This document shows positions 9,330 through 19,433 of a DNA stretch of 64,000 nucleotides, piece by piece. The position numbers were made by a program, and so were the translations under genes. How positions within the stretch are numbered: position 1 is the stretch's first letter; the number at the start of each line of letters is the position of its first letter. The stretch is from an uncultured Gammaproteobacteria bacterium. GTDB taxonomy: Bacteria; Patescibacteriota; Patescibacteriia; Magasanikbacterales; UBA922. The stretch lies in NCBI GenBank assembly GCA_964418775.1, contig CAYQNA010000001.1, positions 64,446 through 128,445 of the forward strand, in the 5' to 3' direction. The notes beneath the pieces were generated by a model that saw only the letters and a list, made by a program, of their open reading frames with translations, was not told where the DNA came from and ran no database searches.

Positions 9330-9947
9330 CTATTGTGCTGCGGCGCGACGTTTTTTGTGCCAATGACGATATGCAATCGCACCAACCACGATCACAAACA
9401 AGGCCGCGCCAATTTTGTCACCCTTGTCTGACCATTCGGCGGCTTTGGTCCAATTACTTTGCAAAGTGTAGCCGATATAAATTAAAAAAGTATTCCAAAT
9501 AATTGAGCCAGCTGCAGAATACAACATGAATGGTGCTAGTGGCATGCGCGACAGGCCCGCTGGGAGGGCGACATAGCTGCGCACAATTGGTACGAATTTG
9601 CTTAGAAAAATCGCTTTGCCACCGTGTTTAGCAAAGAATTCTTCGGCTTTGGTAACATCTTCGGGCTTGACCCAAACCCAGTGTCCCCAACGAGCAATCA
9701 CCGGGCGACCACCATAGCGACCAAGGGCATACAAAAAATACGCGCCACCCAAGCTGCCAATCGTGGTGGCCAAGAGCACGCCAACCCACGTGAATTTGCC
9801 GCTGCTAATCAAAAAACCAGAAAATGGCACAATTAATTCACTAGGAATTGGGGCAATAATCGCTTCCAAAGCCATTAAAAACGCCAGTCCAGCATAGCCA
9901 ACGCGTTCGATGAACGAGATAATATAATTGGTAAGGGCAATAAACAT
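9330..9947 (-). CDS. DedA family membrane protein
   Basis: PIPSELIVPFSGF, YALGRYGGR, KFVPIVRSYVALPAG motifs. Confidence 0.9.
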   Translation of the reverse strand: MFIALTNYIISFIERVGYAGLAFLMALEAIIAPIPSELIVPFSGFLISSGKFTWVGVLLATTIGSLGGAYFLYALGRYGGRPVIARWGHWVWVKPEDVTKAEEFFAKHGGKAIFLSKFVPIVRSYVALPAGLSRMPLAPFMLYSAAGSIIWNTFLIYIGYTLQSNWTKAAEWSDKGDKIGAALFVIVVGAIAYRHWHKKRRAAAQ

Positions 9948-10003
9948 ATGCAATTAGTATACGGGAATTTTCCAGGTTGCGCTAGGCTTGCTATACTCTG
10001 GGA

Positions 10004-10504
10004 ATGAAATTAAATCAATTCACAATTGAAACGCCAGTAGGGATTTTTTCAGTTATTTGCGCGCAAAAAAAGCCAGGAAAAACAGTTGTGTGCGCGGCTG
10101 GTTTTGCGGATTGCCAAAAATTGCAGGCACGCTTGCCGGTAGAGTGGCAAAACATAGTGGTGACCACGGTCCAGCGCCACCCATATAAAACCAAATTTCA
10201 GGCTTATTTTAAAGGGCAAAAACACGCTTTGAAGGGCATCCGGTGGGAACAGGCTGGCACTGAATTTAGCCGCGCTGTGTGGGCGCAGATTGCACGGGTA
10301 AAAGTCGGTGAGGTAATAACGTACGGTGAATTGGCGGCGGCGATTGGGAGGCCACGGGCTGTGCGGGCCGTCGGGACTGCGTGCGGTCGCAATTTGGTGG
10401 CAGTGTTAGTGCCCTGTCACCGCGTAGTTAGCCGAACTGGGGCAGGCGACAAATATGCGTATGGCGCTGCAGCCAAAGCATTTTTATTAGCGCTAGAGCA
10501 TTAA
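10004..10504 (+). CDS. ogt: Methylated-DNA--protein-cysteine methyltransferase
   Basis: GTEFSRAVW, TYGELA, RAVGTA and active-site PCHRVV. Confidence 0.92.
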   Translation: MKLNQFTIETPVGIFSVICAQKKPGKTVVCAAGFADCQKLQARLPVEWQNIVVTTVQRHPYKTKFQAYFKGQKHALKGIRWEQAGTEFSRAVWAQIARVKVGEVITYGELAAAIGRPRAVRAVGTACGRNLVAVLVPCHRVVSRTGAGDKYAYGAAAKAFLLALEH

Positions 10505-11868
10505 GAATATTTGGCAATATACGCGGCCACATCGAATTTTTTGGCACAACCACTGCGCGCCAGATAGCGAATTTGCCCAAAAATCGGGCGCTCAAACCAG
10601 GCGCGGTCGTGCACGCCACCAATACTCCAGGCAATTCCCGTGTATCCATTAGGGTCACGACCATCGAGTTCGTATTTGTCATTTAAATAAATCGCAATTT
10701 TCATGGCATCGGCCGGTGTTTTGGTCCATTCCGTAATTTTTTTGGCCCAGTACATGCGCAGGTAGCCGTGCATTTTGCCAGTCAAAAGTAATTCACGTTG
10801 GGCCGCATTCCACAGGTCGTCGTGTGTGCGTGCATGTTCAAATTCAGCGCGTGTGTACACATATTCGCGCGGATCATGAGCGTGTGCGTGCAAAGTTTTT
10901 TGCGCCCACGCCGGGAAGCCGGCCGGTGTATCGTAGTGCGGATTGTATAAACAAAAATTATCCGCTAATTCGCGACGCACGATTAATTCTTCCAGGAACG
11001 CGGCCACTGGTGTTTCGCCAGCTAAGGCTTGATGGAGGCTAACGCCAGCCTGTTTTAGCACAGCCAAGGCAACTCGGTGTGCTGATAGTAAGCCGTAATG
11101 TAAATACGGCGACAAATTTGACTGCGCGTCGGCAAGCGCATTGTTACGGTCCAAATACCGGGGGAGTGTGTGGCGCAAAAAATGTTGCAAGGCGCGGTGG
11201 GCCGCTGCTTCGCCAGGGACAAAGTTGGTGGGCTGCGCGTCCTGATTTACCGCAGGGTGTTTTAGTAATTTATTCCAATTAATCGCTGGTACGGCGTGGC
11301 CAAATGGGATTGGGTGTTTTTTTAGTGAGGGAATTTCGGTCAAATATTCGGGTAGAGCGCGGTGTAATTTGGGGCGCAAGGTGTAGGCGCCGAATTCTTG
11401 TTTTGGCGAGGCTAACCACGCTGGCACAATATTGTGCGCGTCTACTTCGCGCAGTGACACGTGCAGTGATTTGGCGAGTTTTGCTTTCCAAGCGCGCTGA
11501 ATTCGGAGTGGCGAAAAATCAGTAACTACCGCACCAACGTGGTGTTTCTCGCAAAATTCCTGGAGTAAACGGGGTGAATCTGTGCCAGTTTCGTCGAGAA
11601 TAATAAAAAGCGGAATATCTTTTTTGGCTAATTCAGTCTGCAATTCCTGCAAACTACGGATTTTAAAATCCCATTGTCGGGCCGAGCCATGCAAAAAATT
11701 CACCACTAAGTTGTAAACTACTAATAGTGGTGCATGATTTTCAAGCGCTAGCGTCTGGGCTTCCAAAAGAGCCCAGTTATCCTGGGCTCTAAGGTCACGG
11801 TCGAGCCAATATACAATTGGTCCCGTTGACACCGTGTGCGGGTTGAGTGGGCGAATGCGATTTAACAT
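10501..11868 (-). CDS. phrB: Class II CPD DNA photolyase
   Basis: RAQDNWAL, VDAHNIVP, LSPYLHYG, KMHGYLRMYWAKKI, DGRDPNGY..IAWSIGGVHDR. Confidence 0.92.
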   Translation of the reverse strand: MLNRIRPLNPHTVSTGPIVYWLDRDLRAQDNWALLEAQTLALENHAPLLVVYNLVVNFLHGSARQWDFKIRSLQELQTELAKKDIPLFIILDETGTDSPRLLQEFCEKHHVGAVVTDFSPLRIQRAWKAKLAKSLHVSLREVDAHNIVPAWLASPKQEFGAYTLRPKLHRALPEYLTEIPSLKKHPIPFGHAVPAINWNKLLKHPAVNQDAQPTNFVPGEAAAHRALQHFLRHTLPRYLDRNNALADAQSNLSPYLHYGLLSAHRVALAVLKQAGVSLHQALAGETPVAAFLEELIVRRELADNFCLYNPHYDTPAGFPAWAQKTLHAHAHDPREYVYTRAEFEHARTHDDLWNAAQRELLLTGKMHGYLRMYWAKKITEWTKTPADAMKIAIYLNDKYELDGRDPNGYTGIAWSIGGVHDRAWFERPIFGQIRYLARSGCAKKFDVAAYIAKYS

Positions 11869-11933
11869 AGTCGGTATACATCAAAAAAATGCCGTGATGG
11901 AAATAACCGAAATAAACATCTGCAGTATACTGA

Positions 11934-13547
11934 CTATTTTTTGAGCCGACAATACTGGGCATTTATAAGTTGGGCAGTAGCTTTACCTACATTGCCCGTG
12001 CCTCTGGTATATCCGCCAGGGGTTAGGATAATGCTGCGGTACTTTTCTTGGTAGCGTATGATCGCTTTGCGTGTGGCGTTATCAAATACACCAGTGGTTG
12101 GAATATTTTTTTCATTCTCGTTTTCCTTAAGGAAGGTCTGCACCTTTTTAATTGAGTCAGGATTATTTTTTTGGCCGTAATTTAAAATTTTATCTGGATC
12201 TATGTAAATAACACAAGATGGTTTGCTTTGCTCACAAACATCCTGGTTAATTTGCAAAATTGTAGCCCCTCCGACTGTGCCTGTCCCTTTTAAAAGTTTA
12301 CTAGGGTAAAGGATGGTTTGTTTATTCTTTAATTGGTAACGAACGACGGCGTCGTATGTTTTTCTGTCAAATTTGCCGTTCACTAAAAGATTTTCGTGCT
12401 CATATTTATTTAAAAAGTTTTGTAATTTCTTTACGTGGACTTGGTCGTTCTTTTTTGTTTGTGAGAGTATTAGAGATGGATTAAGATAATCAGCACAAGA
12501 ACTCGTAGTGATTTCTCTTTGAATATTTTTTTGAGTAGAATTTGGAATTAAAGGGCGAGATATAAAATAATCATAAGGCGCCGTCATTATGCTGGGACCA
12601 GGAGCAGACGTATTATTTTGACTAATTGGTGTACTAACGCCAACTGCAACAAAGAGAGTTAGGTGATTAACGGAAACAGTTATACTTTGTTTGTCTGAAG
12701 CCACCGTGCCGCCATCACCCGCGAGACGGTATTGGTTGTTAGTGGTATCTAGATAGTATACTTTTATATTACTACTTTCATTACCCGGTAGTGGAATACT
12801 AAGCGTAATGTTTTTATCAAAAACTACACTGTCTGCTTGGGTTGTAATTTCAAGGCCTTGCCTAAAATTGAGTGACGAAGGAAGGGGGGTCGGCAGTTCC
12901 GACTCGATTTTATTTTCAGGAAGTCCAATAGTTAGTGTATATGTATCGCCATTTTCATTTTCAGCAGAAGTGTTTGAGTCTATGTATACCCAGGCTCCAG
13001 TAGTGGTGTTACGCATGGTGATGGGGGCCAATATCATACCACTGTTTGGTAGATCTAAAGGTTGAGCCATCTCGGCTGGGGTAGTAGTCGCAGTGGTTGG
13101 CAAATTGGTATCACGAACTCGGTAGGGTCTCCAATCGGTTTGCGGACGGTAGGCGCCGTCAAAATTAATAGTGCCCAATACACTTGAACTAGCGTACCCG
13201 GTAAATATCCCATTTTCGTCAATTATAGTGTGGCTAAAATCAATAAAGCCGGTGCTTTCACCCCAAGCATAACCAGACAGTTGACCCTCTGAGTTATTAC
13301 TAACCCCAGCATTGCTGGGGTTAAGGTTAATCCAGCCATAGTTTGGGTTCCAAACAGAGCCGAATATCATTGAATCGGTAATGGTTACATTACTGTTTGT
13401 GGTGCCGAAATTTAGCCATCCCGCTCTACTTGCCCAGACGTATGTGTTGGTTGTACTAATGGTTCCGGTTGTAACCGAAGCATGTGATGGGGGGATGCCG
13501 AGGACTAGGCTTATACTAAACAGTATGAGCATCCAAATCCGTCTCAT
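11934..13547 (-). CDS. Secreted surface protein with GWI/GYAW repeats and two C-terminal peptidoglycan-binding-like domains
   Basis: Signal peptide; GWLNF, GWINL, GYAWGE..GFIDF; VKKLQ.FL...G.FD..T..AV.RYQ repeated twice. Confidence 0.7.
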   Translation of the reverse strand: MRRIWMLILFSISLVLGIPPSHASVTTGTISTTNTYVWASRAGWLNFGTTNSNVTITDSMIFGSVWNPNYGWINLNPSNAGVSNNSEGQLSGYAWGESTGFIDFSHTIIDENGIFTGYASSSVLGTINFDGAYRPQTDWRPYRVRDTNLPTTATTTPAEMAQPLDLPNSGMILAPITMRNTTTGAWVYIDSNTSAENENGDTYTLTIGLPENKIESELPTPLPSSLNFRQGLEITTQADSVVFDKNITLSIPLPGNESSNIKVYYLDTTNNQYRLAGDGGTVASDKQSITVSVNHLTLFVAVGVSTPISQNNTSAPGPSIMTAPYDYFISRPLIPNSTQKNIQREITTSSCADYLNPSLILSQTKKNDQVHVKKLQNFLNKYEHENLLVNGKFDRKTYDAVVRYQLKNKQTILYPSKLLKGTGTVGGATILQINQDVCEQSKPSCVIYIDPDKILNYGQKNNPDSIKKVQTFLKENENEKNIPTTGVFDNATRKAIIRYQEKYRSIILTPGGYTRGTGNVGKATAQLINAQYCRLKK

Positions 13548-13548
13548 A

Positions 13549-14391
13549 TTAATTAATTACGTACCAAGCGCTGCCGTTTGAGATAATTTGTTTGCTCGTG
13601 TAGAGTACGCTCATGACAAGTGTTGAAGCGCCTTCAATCTGCCCGCTTGCTGGGCTCAGTGTCACGGTCTTGAGAGAACCCAGGCTAATTACTTTAATTA
13701 TATACATTCGACCAGGTACGGAACTGGCAGTTGGGAGTGTAATTGTGAGATTAGCACTCGAAGCGTCAACGAGAAGAATATTATCATTGGCGGTTAGGGT
13801 GTAGTTGCTACTAACAGAGCGGAGTGTGTGAGAAATTGAACCGTTTACGTGCAACGTGCTCGATGGTGCAGCGGTTCCCAAGCCAAGATATCCATTGGCA
13901 CTGTCCCAATATAATTGGGAATTGCTTTGCGCAAAGTTTCCGCTTGTGCCCGCGTACACAATCGAGCCCGCGGTTAAGGCTGTGGTTGTGCCTGTGCCGC
14001 CGCGTGTAACTGGAATTACACTGCCATTCCAAACACCACTCGTAATTGTACCCAGTGTAGTGATGTTGGTGGATCCAGTCCATGTGGACAGGGCTGTGTT
14101 TTCTACACTCCCCAAACCAACCACACTTTTGTTTAGGCTCGCCCAGGATTTGTCGCCGCGCCAATATTCGGCAATTGTGGACGTGCTTATAAGTGGCTCT
14201 TTGCCAGCCAATGTCGCAGTGTAATCAGTCTGCGATACTGTGCAGTTTGTTTCACCTGGTGCACAATCAGGGTTCAATGTTTCTCCTGCACTATATGGTG
14301 TTGAACGTGCCAAAACTTGATCAGCGGACACTATTAAATACAAAAAGAACAGCATGGTGGTGCTGGCAGCAAACGTTTTCCGCCAGTTCAT
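13549..14391 (-). CDS. Secreted Thr/Ser/Gly-rich fibre/adhesin-like protein
   Basis: Signal peptide; PVTRGGTG, LGLGTAAPSSTLHVNG and TITLP.A motifs typical of tail-fibre-like modules. Confidence 0.6.
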   Translation of the reverse strand: MNWRKTFAASTTMLFFLYLIVSADQVLARSTPYSAGETLNPDCAPGETNCTVSQTDYTATLAGKEPLISTSTIAEYWRGDKSWASLNKSVVGLGSVENTALSTWTGSTNITTLGTITSGVWNGSVIPVTRGGTGTTTALTAGSIVYAGTSGNFAQSNSQLYWDSANGYLGLGTAAPSSTLHVNGSISHTLRSVSSNYTLTANDNILLVDASSANLTITLPTASSVPGRMYIIKVISLGSLKTVTLSPASGQIEGASTLVMSVLYTSKQIISNGSAWYVIN

Positions 14392-14501
14392 AAAAAATGA
14401 AATGAATTTTTAGTAGTATACCATAACCATGGTTTAATCCCAAATTCACGGCGAATATCTTGAAGCGGCATGTTTAAATAAGCCTTATAATCGAAGTGCG
14501 G

Positions 14502-14633
14502 TCATTTTTTCTTTTGTTGTATAGCGCGGATAAAGGCGCGGAAAATACGAGGTGAAGTCAAGACAAAGCGACGGATCATGCGCCATGGACCAAATGTTTT
14601 AAGGAGCTCAACCGCGAATTTTGTTTTCGGCAT
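14502..14633 (-). CDS. Unannotated 43-aa cationic peptide
   Basis: ATG at 14633 to TGA at 14502: MPKTKFAVELLKTFGPWRMIRRFVLTSPRIFRAFIRAIQQKKK; starts 14 bp after the DoxX stop on the same strand. Confidence 0.5.
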   Translation of the reverse strand: MPKTKFAVELLKTFGPWRMIRRFVLTSPRIFRAFIRAIQQKKK

Positions 14634-14647
14634 TTCAATCACTTCTT

Positions 14648-15040
14648 TTATTTACGGAAAAGAGCCTTATATTTATCCCAGTAAGCGTAACCAAGGTAGA
14701 TGGTAAGCGCAGTCACAAGAAGGCCTCCCCACATGTCAGCAATAGCTGGAGCCACAGATAGGTGAAAAACCAAAATGCCAACGCAAATTGGAGCTACAAA
14801 TAAAGTGGCGAGTGCTGGTAACAATCCGATTACGAGCATGATACCAGCCACAAGTTCAGTGATTTTAATCATGTGGAAAATCCCTGTATCGATGAGGGTT
14901 TTCGTGTAAGGCAATAACGGTGCTGGGATCTCTTCGAGACCATTAGCTGCGGCCATGAGGCCACCGACGCCACTCATGATCAAAAACAAACCGAGCAAAA
15001 CACGAACAGCAATGACCAACTTGCGATTACGATAATCCAT
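14648..15040 (-). CDS. DoxX family membrane protein
   Basis: RVLLGLF...G, IKITELVAG.MLV.G, API.VGI..FH. Confidence 0.8.
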   Translation of the reverse strand: MDYRNRKLVIAVRVLLGLFLIMSGVGGLMAAANGLEEIPAPLLPYTKTLIDTGIFHMIKITELVAGIMLVIGLLPALATLFVAPICVGILVFHLSVAPAIADMWGGLLVTALTIYLGYAYWDKYKALFRK

Positions 15041-15057
15041 AAAAATAAAATGACTAA

Positions 15058-15456
15058 TTATTTTGCGTTAGGGTCAGCCTGGTGAATACCAAAGGTGTTG
15101 CCTTCGGTATCTAGGTAGTAACCCTGCCAGGCCATGCCAGCGAGCGCGAATTTCGGCATGGCCACTTTGCCGCCAGCGGCGAGAATTTTTTCATGCATGG
15201 CATCGTAATTCTCCACATCCATGGTGCAAACAAACGCGTTTGTACCGCATTGTTCTGGCGGCATATCAGCTGGACGCTTCAGCAGACCGCCATTAATACC
15301 TTGGTCTTTGCTGTCTTTTGGGGCTGTCATAATTACCCAATAGTCCCAGCCTAAACCTGGCCATTTACTAATTTCCCAGCCAAAAATATCTGTGTAAAAT
15401 TTGGCGGCGCGTTCAGGTTCCTGAGCCTGAATCTCAAAGTGGACGGGGCGATTCAT
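15058..15456 (-). CDS. VOC/glyoxalase family protein
   Basis: PVHFEI, FY..IFGW, GINGGL, YYLDTEGNTFGI. Confidence 0.9.
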   Translation of the reverse strand: MNRPVHFEIQAQEPERAAKFYTDIFGWEISKWPGLGWDYWVIMTAPKDSKDQGINGGLLKRPADMPPEQCGTNAFVCTMDVENYDAMHEKILAAGGKVAMPKFALAGMAWQGYYLDTEGNTFGIHQADPNAK

Positions 15457-15549
15457 AAAAAATAGTTAGATACTTAAACCCTATCATGCACAGCCCCGGC
15501 GGTCAAACTAGGTTGGTTTCAAAACAGTAACATGGTAGTATATGGCCAT

Positions 15550-16383
15550 ATGGCTCAATCTCAATCAATTCAAAATGTACGGCTAGAAACCATGAAAAAA
15601 TTTCGCCAAGCCTGGTGGCAATTTTTGATTACATTTTTAGTCACCAGTGCAATAGGGGTTTGGTTGTACGATGGCACGGTAGACGATGCGATGGATGCGG
15701 TTAAATTGGTTTTGGTCGTGCTTAGCCTCCACATTAGTTGGGTTTGGTCTCGTCATTATGGACAGTTCCATAGAAGATTTATGTCCCAATTCGCGGCCGA
15801 ACATAAACTTGTGTTCACCGCGGTTGGGCAGACAACTGGTCGTCATGGAAAATTATTCAAACACTTGCGATCCGGCAAATTGTTTAATATTGTAAGTGGT
15901 ACGATTTTGGGTTTACCATCTGAATTGTTTAATTACACCTACAAATCGGGGAGTGGTAAGGCTACGGTTACACACGAGGTAACGGCGCTCCAGGTTACGT
16001 TCAAGGGGTTGGTACCAAATTTTGCCGTGATTGAGAAAAAAGAAACAATTGATTCGATTTTGCGTCCGGGCCCGGGACAATACACACACGAACTCGAGGG
16101 CGACTTTTTTAAATTTTACAAACTATACGTGACTGACAATTTTGAGATTGAAATATTGGAAATTTTAACGCCCGAAATTATGGCGTTTATGATTGACGAG
16201 GGTAAGCATTTAAGCTTTGAATTTATTGAAAACCAGCTGTTTATTTACCAGGACAAGTATATTGGTGAAAAGCAAGAATTGGTAAATTTTGTGACACTGG
16301 CGCGCCTGCTTTTGGGGCGTCTGCACAAAAGAATTGGCCGCCTGCATGATGACGTGGCCGCGATGAGTTCGGTCGCAAAGTAA
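15550..16383 (+). CDS. Hypothetical membrane protein (two N-terminal TM helices)
   Basis: Long ORF; LEGDF.K.Y.LY...E.E.LEILTP.IM motif; start may be 15532 or 15550. Confidence 0.65.
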   Translation: MAQSQSIQNVRLETMKKFRQAWWQFLITFLVTSAIGVWLYDGTVDDAMDAVKLVLVVLSLHISWVWSRHYGQFHRRFMSQFAAEHKLVFTAVGQTTGRHGKLFKHLRSGKLFNIVSGTILGLPSELFNYTYKSGSGKATVTHEVTALQVTFKGLVPNFAVIEKKETIDSILRPGPGQYTHELEGDFFKFYKLYVTDNFEIEILEILTPEIMAFMIDEGKHLSFEFIENQLFIYQDKYIGEKQELVNFVTLARLLLGRLHKRIGRLHDDVAAMSSVAK

Positions 16384-16398
16384 GTGTGAGTTGAAAAT

Positions 16399-16486
16399 TG
16401 GCGGAGAGGGAGGGATTCGAACCCTCGAGGCCTTGCGGCCAACCGCTTTTCGAGAGCGGCACGTTAGACCACTCTGACACCTCTCC
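16399..16486 (-). tRNA. tRNA-Ser (anticodon CGA)
   Basis: GGAGAGG acceptor stem, CCGCT-CT-CGA-AA-AGCGG anticodon arm, long variable arm, GGTTCGAATCC T-loop, encoded CCA. Confidence 0.95.
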
Positions 16487-16523
16487 ATAGGTAGGCAGAG
16501 GGTATCATGTTGGAAGAGAAAAA

Positions 16524-16865
16524 TCAAGTCCAGGACTTTTTTGATTTTGCTTTGGGTTTTGGGGTGGGGAGAGCGTCGGCAGTGGTGATGATAAGCTCGT
16601 TGAGCCAGTCGGCGTCTTCGATGTGTTCGGGCGCAATTTTCATGGCTGGCTTGGCGCCAGGGTAGGGGAAACCTTCGTGGTAGGTAGCCCCGACAAACTC
16701 TTTGCCTGGTGGGGTGATTTTTACAAATAAAGTATTGTCACAAACCAAAGCAACGACTTTTCCGTGATAGTATAGTGCGTATTCACCAAACATTTTGCGG
16801 GCCGAAGCCTCGGTGGAATTCAGTTGGTCGAGGATGTAGTCGATTGTCGATGGAGGGGTAGCCAT
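16524..16865 (-). CDS. TfoX/Sxy N-terminal domain protein
   Basis: RKMFGEYALY..GKVVALVCDNTLFVK and PYPGAKP motifs. Confidence 0.85.
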   Translation of the reverse strand: MATPPSTIDYILDQLNSTEASARKMFGEYALYYHGKVVALVCDNTLFVKITPPGKEFVGATYHEGFPYPGAKPAMKIAPEHIEDADWLNELIITTADALPTPKPKAKSKKSWT

Positions 16866-18028
16866 ATAAGCAGCCAAAAGAAAATACCCCAATCATTTTT
16901 AATATAGGGTGAATCAACTAGGCCCATCATTAACCAGGCTGCGAGGGCCGCCAGTAACATAATTGCAAGATCGTCGTGTGTTTTGAAGGCCGGAGTGAGT
17001 AATTGAAAAAATGAAATTACGATGATGCTGATAAATCCGATTAAGCCAAGTAGGCCAATATTAATCCACATGGTTAAAACGATGTTGTGCGGATGGTGAA
17101 AGACCTCAATACGTTTGTCCTGACGGAACGGGCGAATTTCATCGGAATACGTCGCGAGCCCGGCGCCACGAAGGGGGTGGATTTTTAAATAAGCGATAGT
17201 TTCGCTCCACATGTCGCGACGCAATTGGCCAGAACGATTTTGTGCAAGCAATTCTTGTTTGAGACCTGAATTTATAGGTAACAAATACACGCCAATTAGT
17301 GCGAGGATCGCTCCGGCAACTGCAAACCAACGTGTTTTGCGCCATACAATTAAGGCCACGCCAATTGCCGCGGCTACGCCCATTAATCCGGCGGTTGATT
17401 TGGCAAATATAATTCCGGCTAAGCCAAGTGGGATGTAAACAAGGCCGAGCGCGCGATACAAATTATTTTTTTGCAGTGCTAGATATGCAGCAATTGGCAT
17501 TAACATCGCCAACCACAGACCAACCGCATTTGGAAAACCATACCAACCAGTGACGCGATAAGAATTTTGGTTGGCCCAAAAGCTATATGGCACCAACCAG
17601 CCGGTGAAATGCTGGTACATAGCAAGTGCGGCCGTGACAATGCCACCTGCAACTAAACCTACTGCGAGTTTACACCAATCAGCGCGCGTACGCACAACCG
17701 TGGCCGCAATCAATGCCACAATAATTGGCTCAACGTAAAATGCACGCCATTCACCAAGCGCGGCACGTAGGTTGGGACTTATGAATGCGTTAATTGTTGC
17801 ACCAAGCAAAAATACACCCGAGGCAATTGTTAGAGCGCGATTATTTTTGATGAGTGAGCCGAGTTCGCGCCAACTTTGTTTACCTCGCGCCAGCCACCAA
17901 ATAATCAGAACCCAAATCATTACCTCGAGCAATGTTGTGGGTAGTGGTCCAACCGAAAAACGCACCAAGTACGTTGGTAGTAATGCGAGAATGAGGGCCA
18001 AAAAATTGATCATATTAACTGCGAGCAA
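16820..18028 (-). CDS. O-antigen ligase (Wzy_C) family protein
   Basis: Many TM helices; R.TG.Y..PN, R..MW...I...HP..G.GL and HPHN motifs. Confidence 0.85.
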   Translation of the reverse strand: MLAVNMINFLALILALLPTYLVRFSVGPLPTTLLEVMIWVLIIWWLARGKQSWRELGSLIKNNRALTIASGVFLLGATINAFISPNLRAALGEWRAFYVEPIIVALIAATVVRTRADWCKLAVGLVAGGIVTAALAMYQHFTGWLVPYSFWANQNSYRVTGWYGFPNAVGLWLAMLMPIAAYLALQKNNLYRALGLVYIPLGLAGIIFAKSTAGLMGVAAAIGVALIVWRKTRWFAVAGAILALIGVYLLPINSGLKQELLAQNRSGQLRRDMWSETIAYLKIHPLRGAGLATYSDEIRPFRQDKRIEVFHHPHNIVLTMWINIGLLGLIGFISIIVISFFQLLTPAFKTHDDLAIMLLAALAAWLMMGLVDSPYIKNDWGIFFWLLIWLPLHRQSTTSSTN

Positions 18029-19433
18029 ACAATTCTTTGACTGTGCTAAATTTTATAACCCCAAGTCCTAGAATCGCCACAGCATATGTTGCACTGCCAA
18101 GGATAATTGTAATTGTGAGTGCCCAAGTACGTGTAGTCCATAGCACGGCGCCCATCAAAAGCGCGGCAACAATTGTTTTGCCAAGTGGTTTGAATGATAA
18201 ATGATTGGGGATTAAGCGAGTGACCGTAAAGGCAAGCAAAAGTCCGGCATACCATTCGGAAAAAACCGTGAGCGCGGCTGCGCCCAACCAACCAAAGCGA
18301 GGGATGGCCCACAAATATCCGCCGAGTGTGATGATTGCGTTGGAAATATAAATCCACATGGTCGCTTTTTGACGATTGATAGCCACTGCGGCATGACCAA
18401 ACACTGCGCCCACAAAAACTCCAAGCACAGCCCACGAAAGCAAGCCAAGCATTGGGCCAGCTGAGGCAAATTCAGGTCCAAACACAAGCGTCAAAACACG
18501 TGGCGCGAGTAGGGAGCAGCCAACCGCAATGGGAATTCCAATCAACATGAGGACGTTAAAACTTTGTTGGTAGCGTTCGCTGAATTCGCGTTCGTCGTGT
18601 TTGGCCCAGCTGGCGGCCAGGAGCGGCAGCATGACGCCCATAATCATCATGGCAAGTTGTGACAAAATATCAATTACGCGATACGCGGCTCCGTACCAAC
18701 CAACTTCAGTTTGTGAACGGAAAAGCGACAATAAGAGTGTGTCACCCTTTAAATACACCACATTAAATACAATGGACACGGCAATTGGCCACATTTTCAC
18801 AGTTACTTCGCGCCAAATTGGACCACTAAACGCAAGTCCAGCTGGCTGTTCACGTTGTGCTTGCCACCATAGTACAGCGGTAAAAATTAAACTCGCGCCG
18901 GCCACTGCCGCCATAAGTGGCAAAAATCCAGCGCCAAAATGAATCAACAGCCACATGGCAATTACCAAGGCCACACGTCCGGCTACTTCACCAAGCACCA
19001 CCACGTGCATGCGCAATCGATATTGGTAAAATCCGGTTAAAACTTGGTTCAGGGCCGTGGCCACAAACGAAATGGCCATGAGCGCAATTGCCCATTTAAC
19101 GAGTGGCGGATAGGGGAATAGCAAACTCGCAAGTGGTGCGACTAAAAAAAACACCCCGGCAGTGACAAACCGGTACCCTAATAAATTTGGCAGTAACACT
19201 TCCTGCTTGTGGCGCCCTTCGCCCAACATCTGGGCGGTGACGGGGATTAACCCAAAATCAACCAAAATTCCGGCAAATTGCAAAAACGTAATTGAAGTTG
19301 TGTACCAACCAAACTGCTCTGGCCCCAAGTATCGCCCGAGCATCGCAATCGCGGCTAGACCCAAGATTGTGGATACAATTTTTCCAACGAGCTGCACACT
19401 CGTATTAAAGGCCAATTTCTTGGTTAAACTCAT
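18015..19433 (-). CDS. Polysaccharide flippase (Wzx/MATE-like)
   Basis: RYLGPEQFG.Y, D.LLLS......VG.Y.AAYR motifs; 12 or more TM helices. Confidence 0.88.
   Translation of the reverse strand: MSLTKKLAFNTSVQLVGKIVSTILGLAAIAMLGRYLGPEQFGWYTTSITFLQFAGILVDFGLIPVTAQMLGEGRHKQEVLLPNLLGYRFVTAGVFFLVAPLASLLFPYPPLVKWAIALMAISFVATALNQVLTGFYQYRLRMHVVVLGEVAGRVALVIAMWLLIHFGAGFLPLMAAVAGASLIFTAVLWWQAQREQPAGLAFSGPIWREVTVKMWPIAVSIVFNVVYLKGDTLLLSLFRSQTEVGWYGAAYRVIDILSQLAMMIMGVMLPLLAASWAKHDEREFSERYQQSFNVLMLIGIPIAVGCSLLAPRVLTLVFGPEFASAGPMLGLLSWAVLGVFVGAVFGHAAVAINRQKATMWIYISNAIITLGGYLWAIPRFGWLGAAALTVFSEWYAGLLLAFTVTRLIPNHLSFKPLGKTIVAALLMGAVLWTTRTWALTITIILGSATYAVAILGLGVIKFSTVKELFARS

Noticed and set aside
16399-16486. 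tRNA-Ser as an integration site
   Set aside because: No duplicated tRNA 3' end or integrase was noticed nearby
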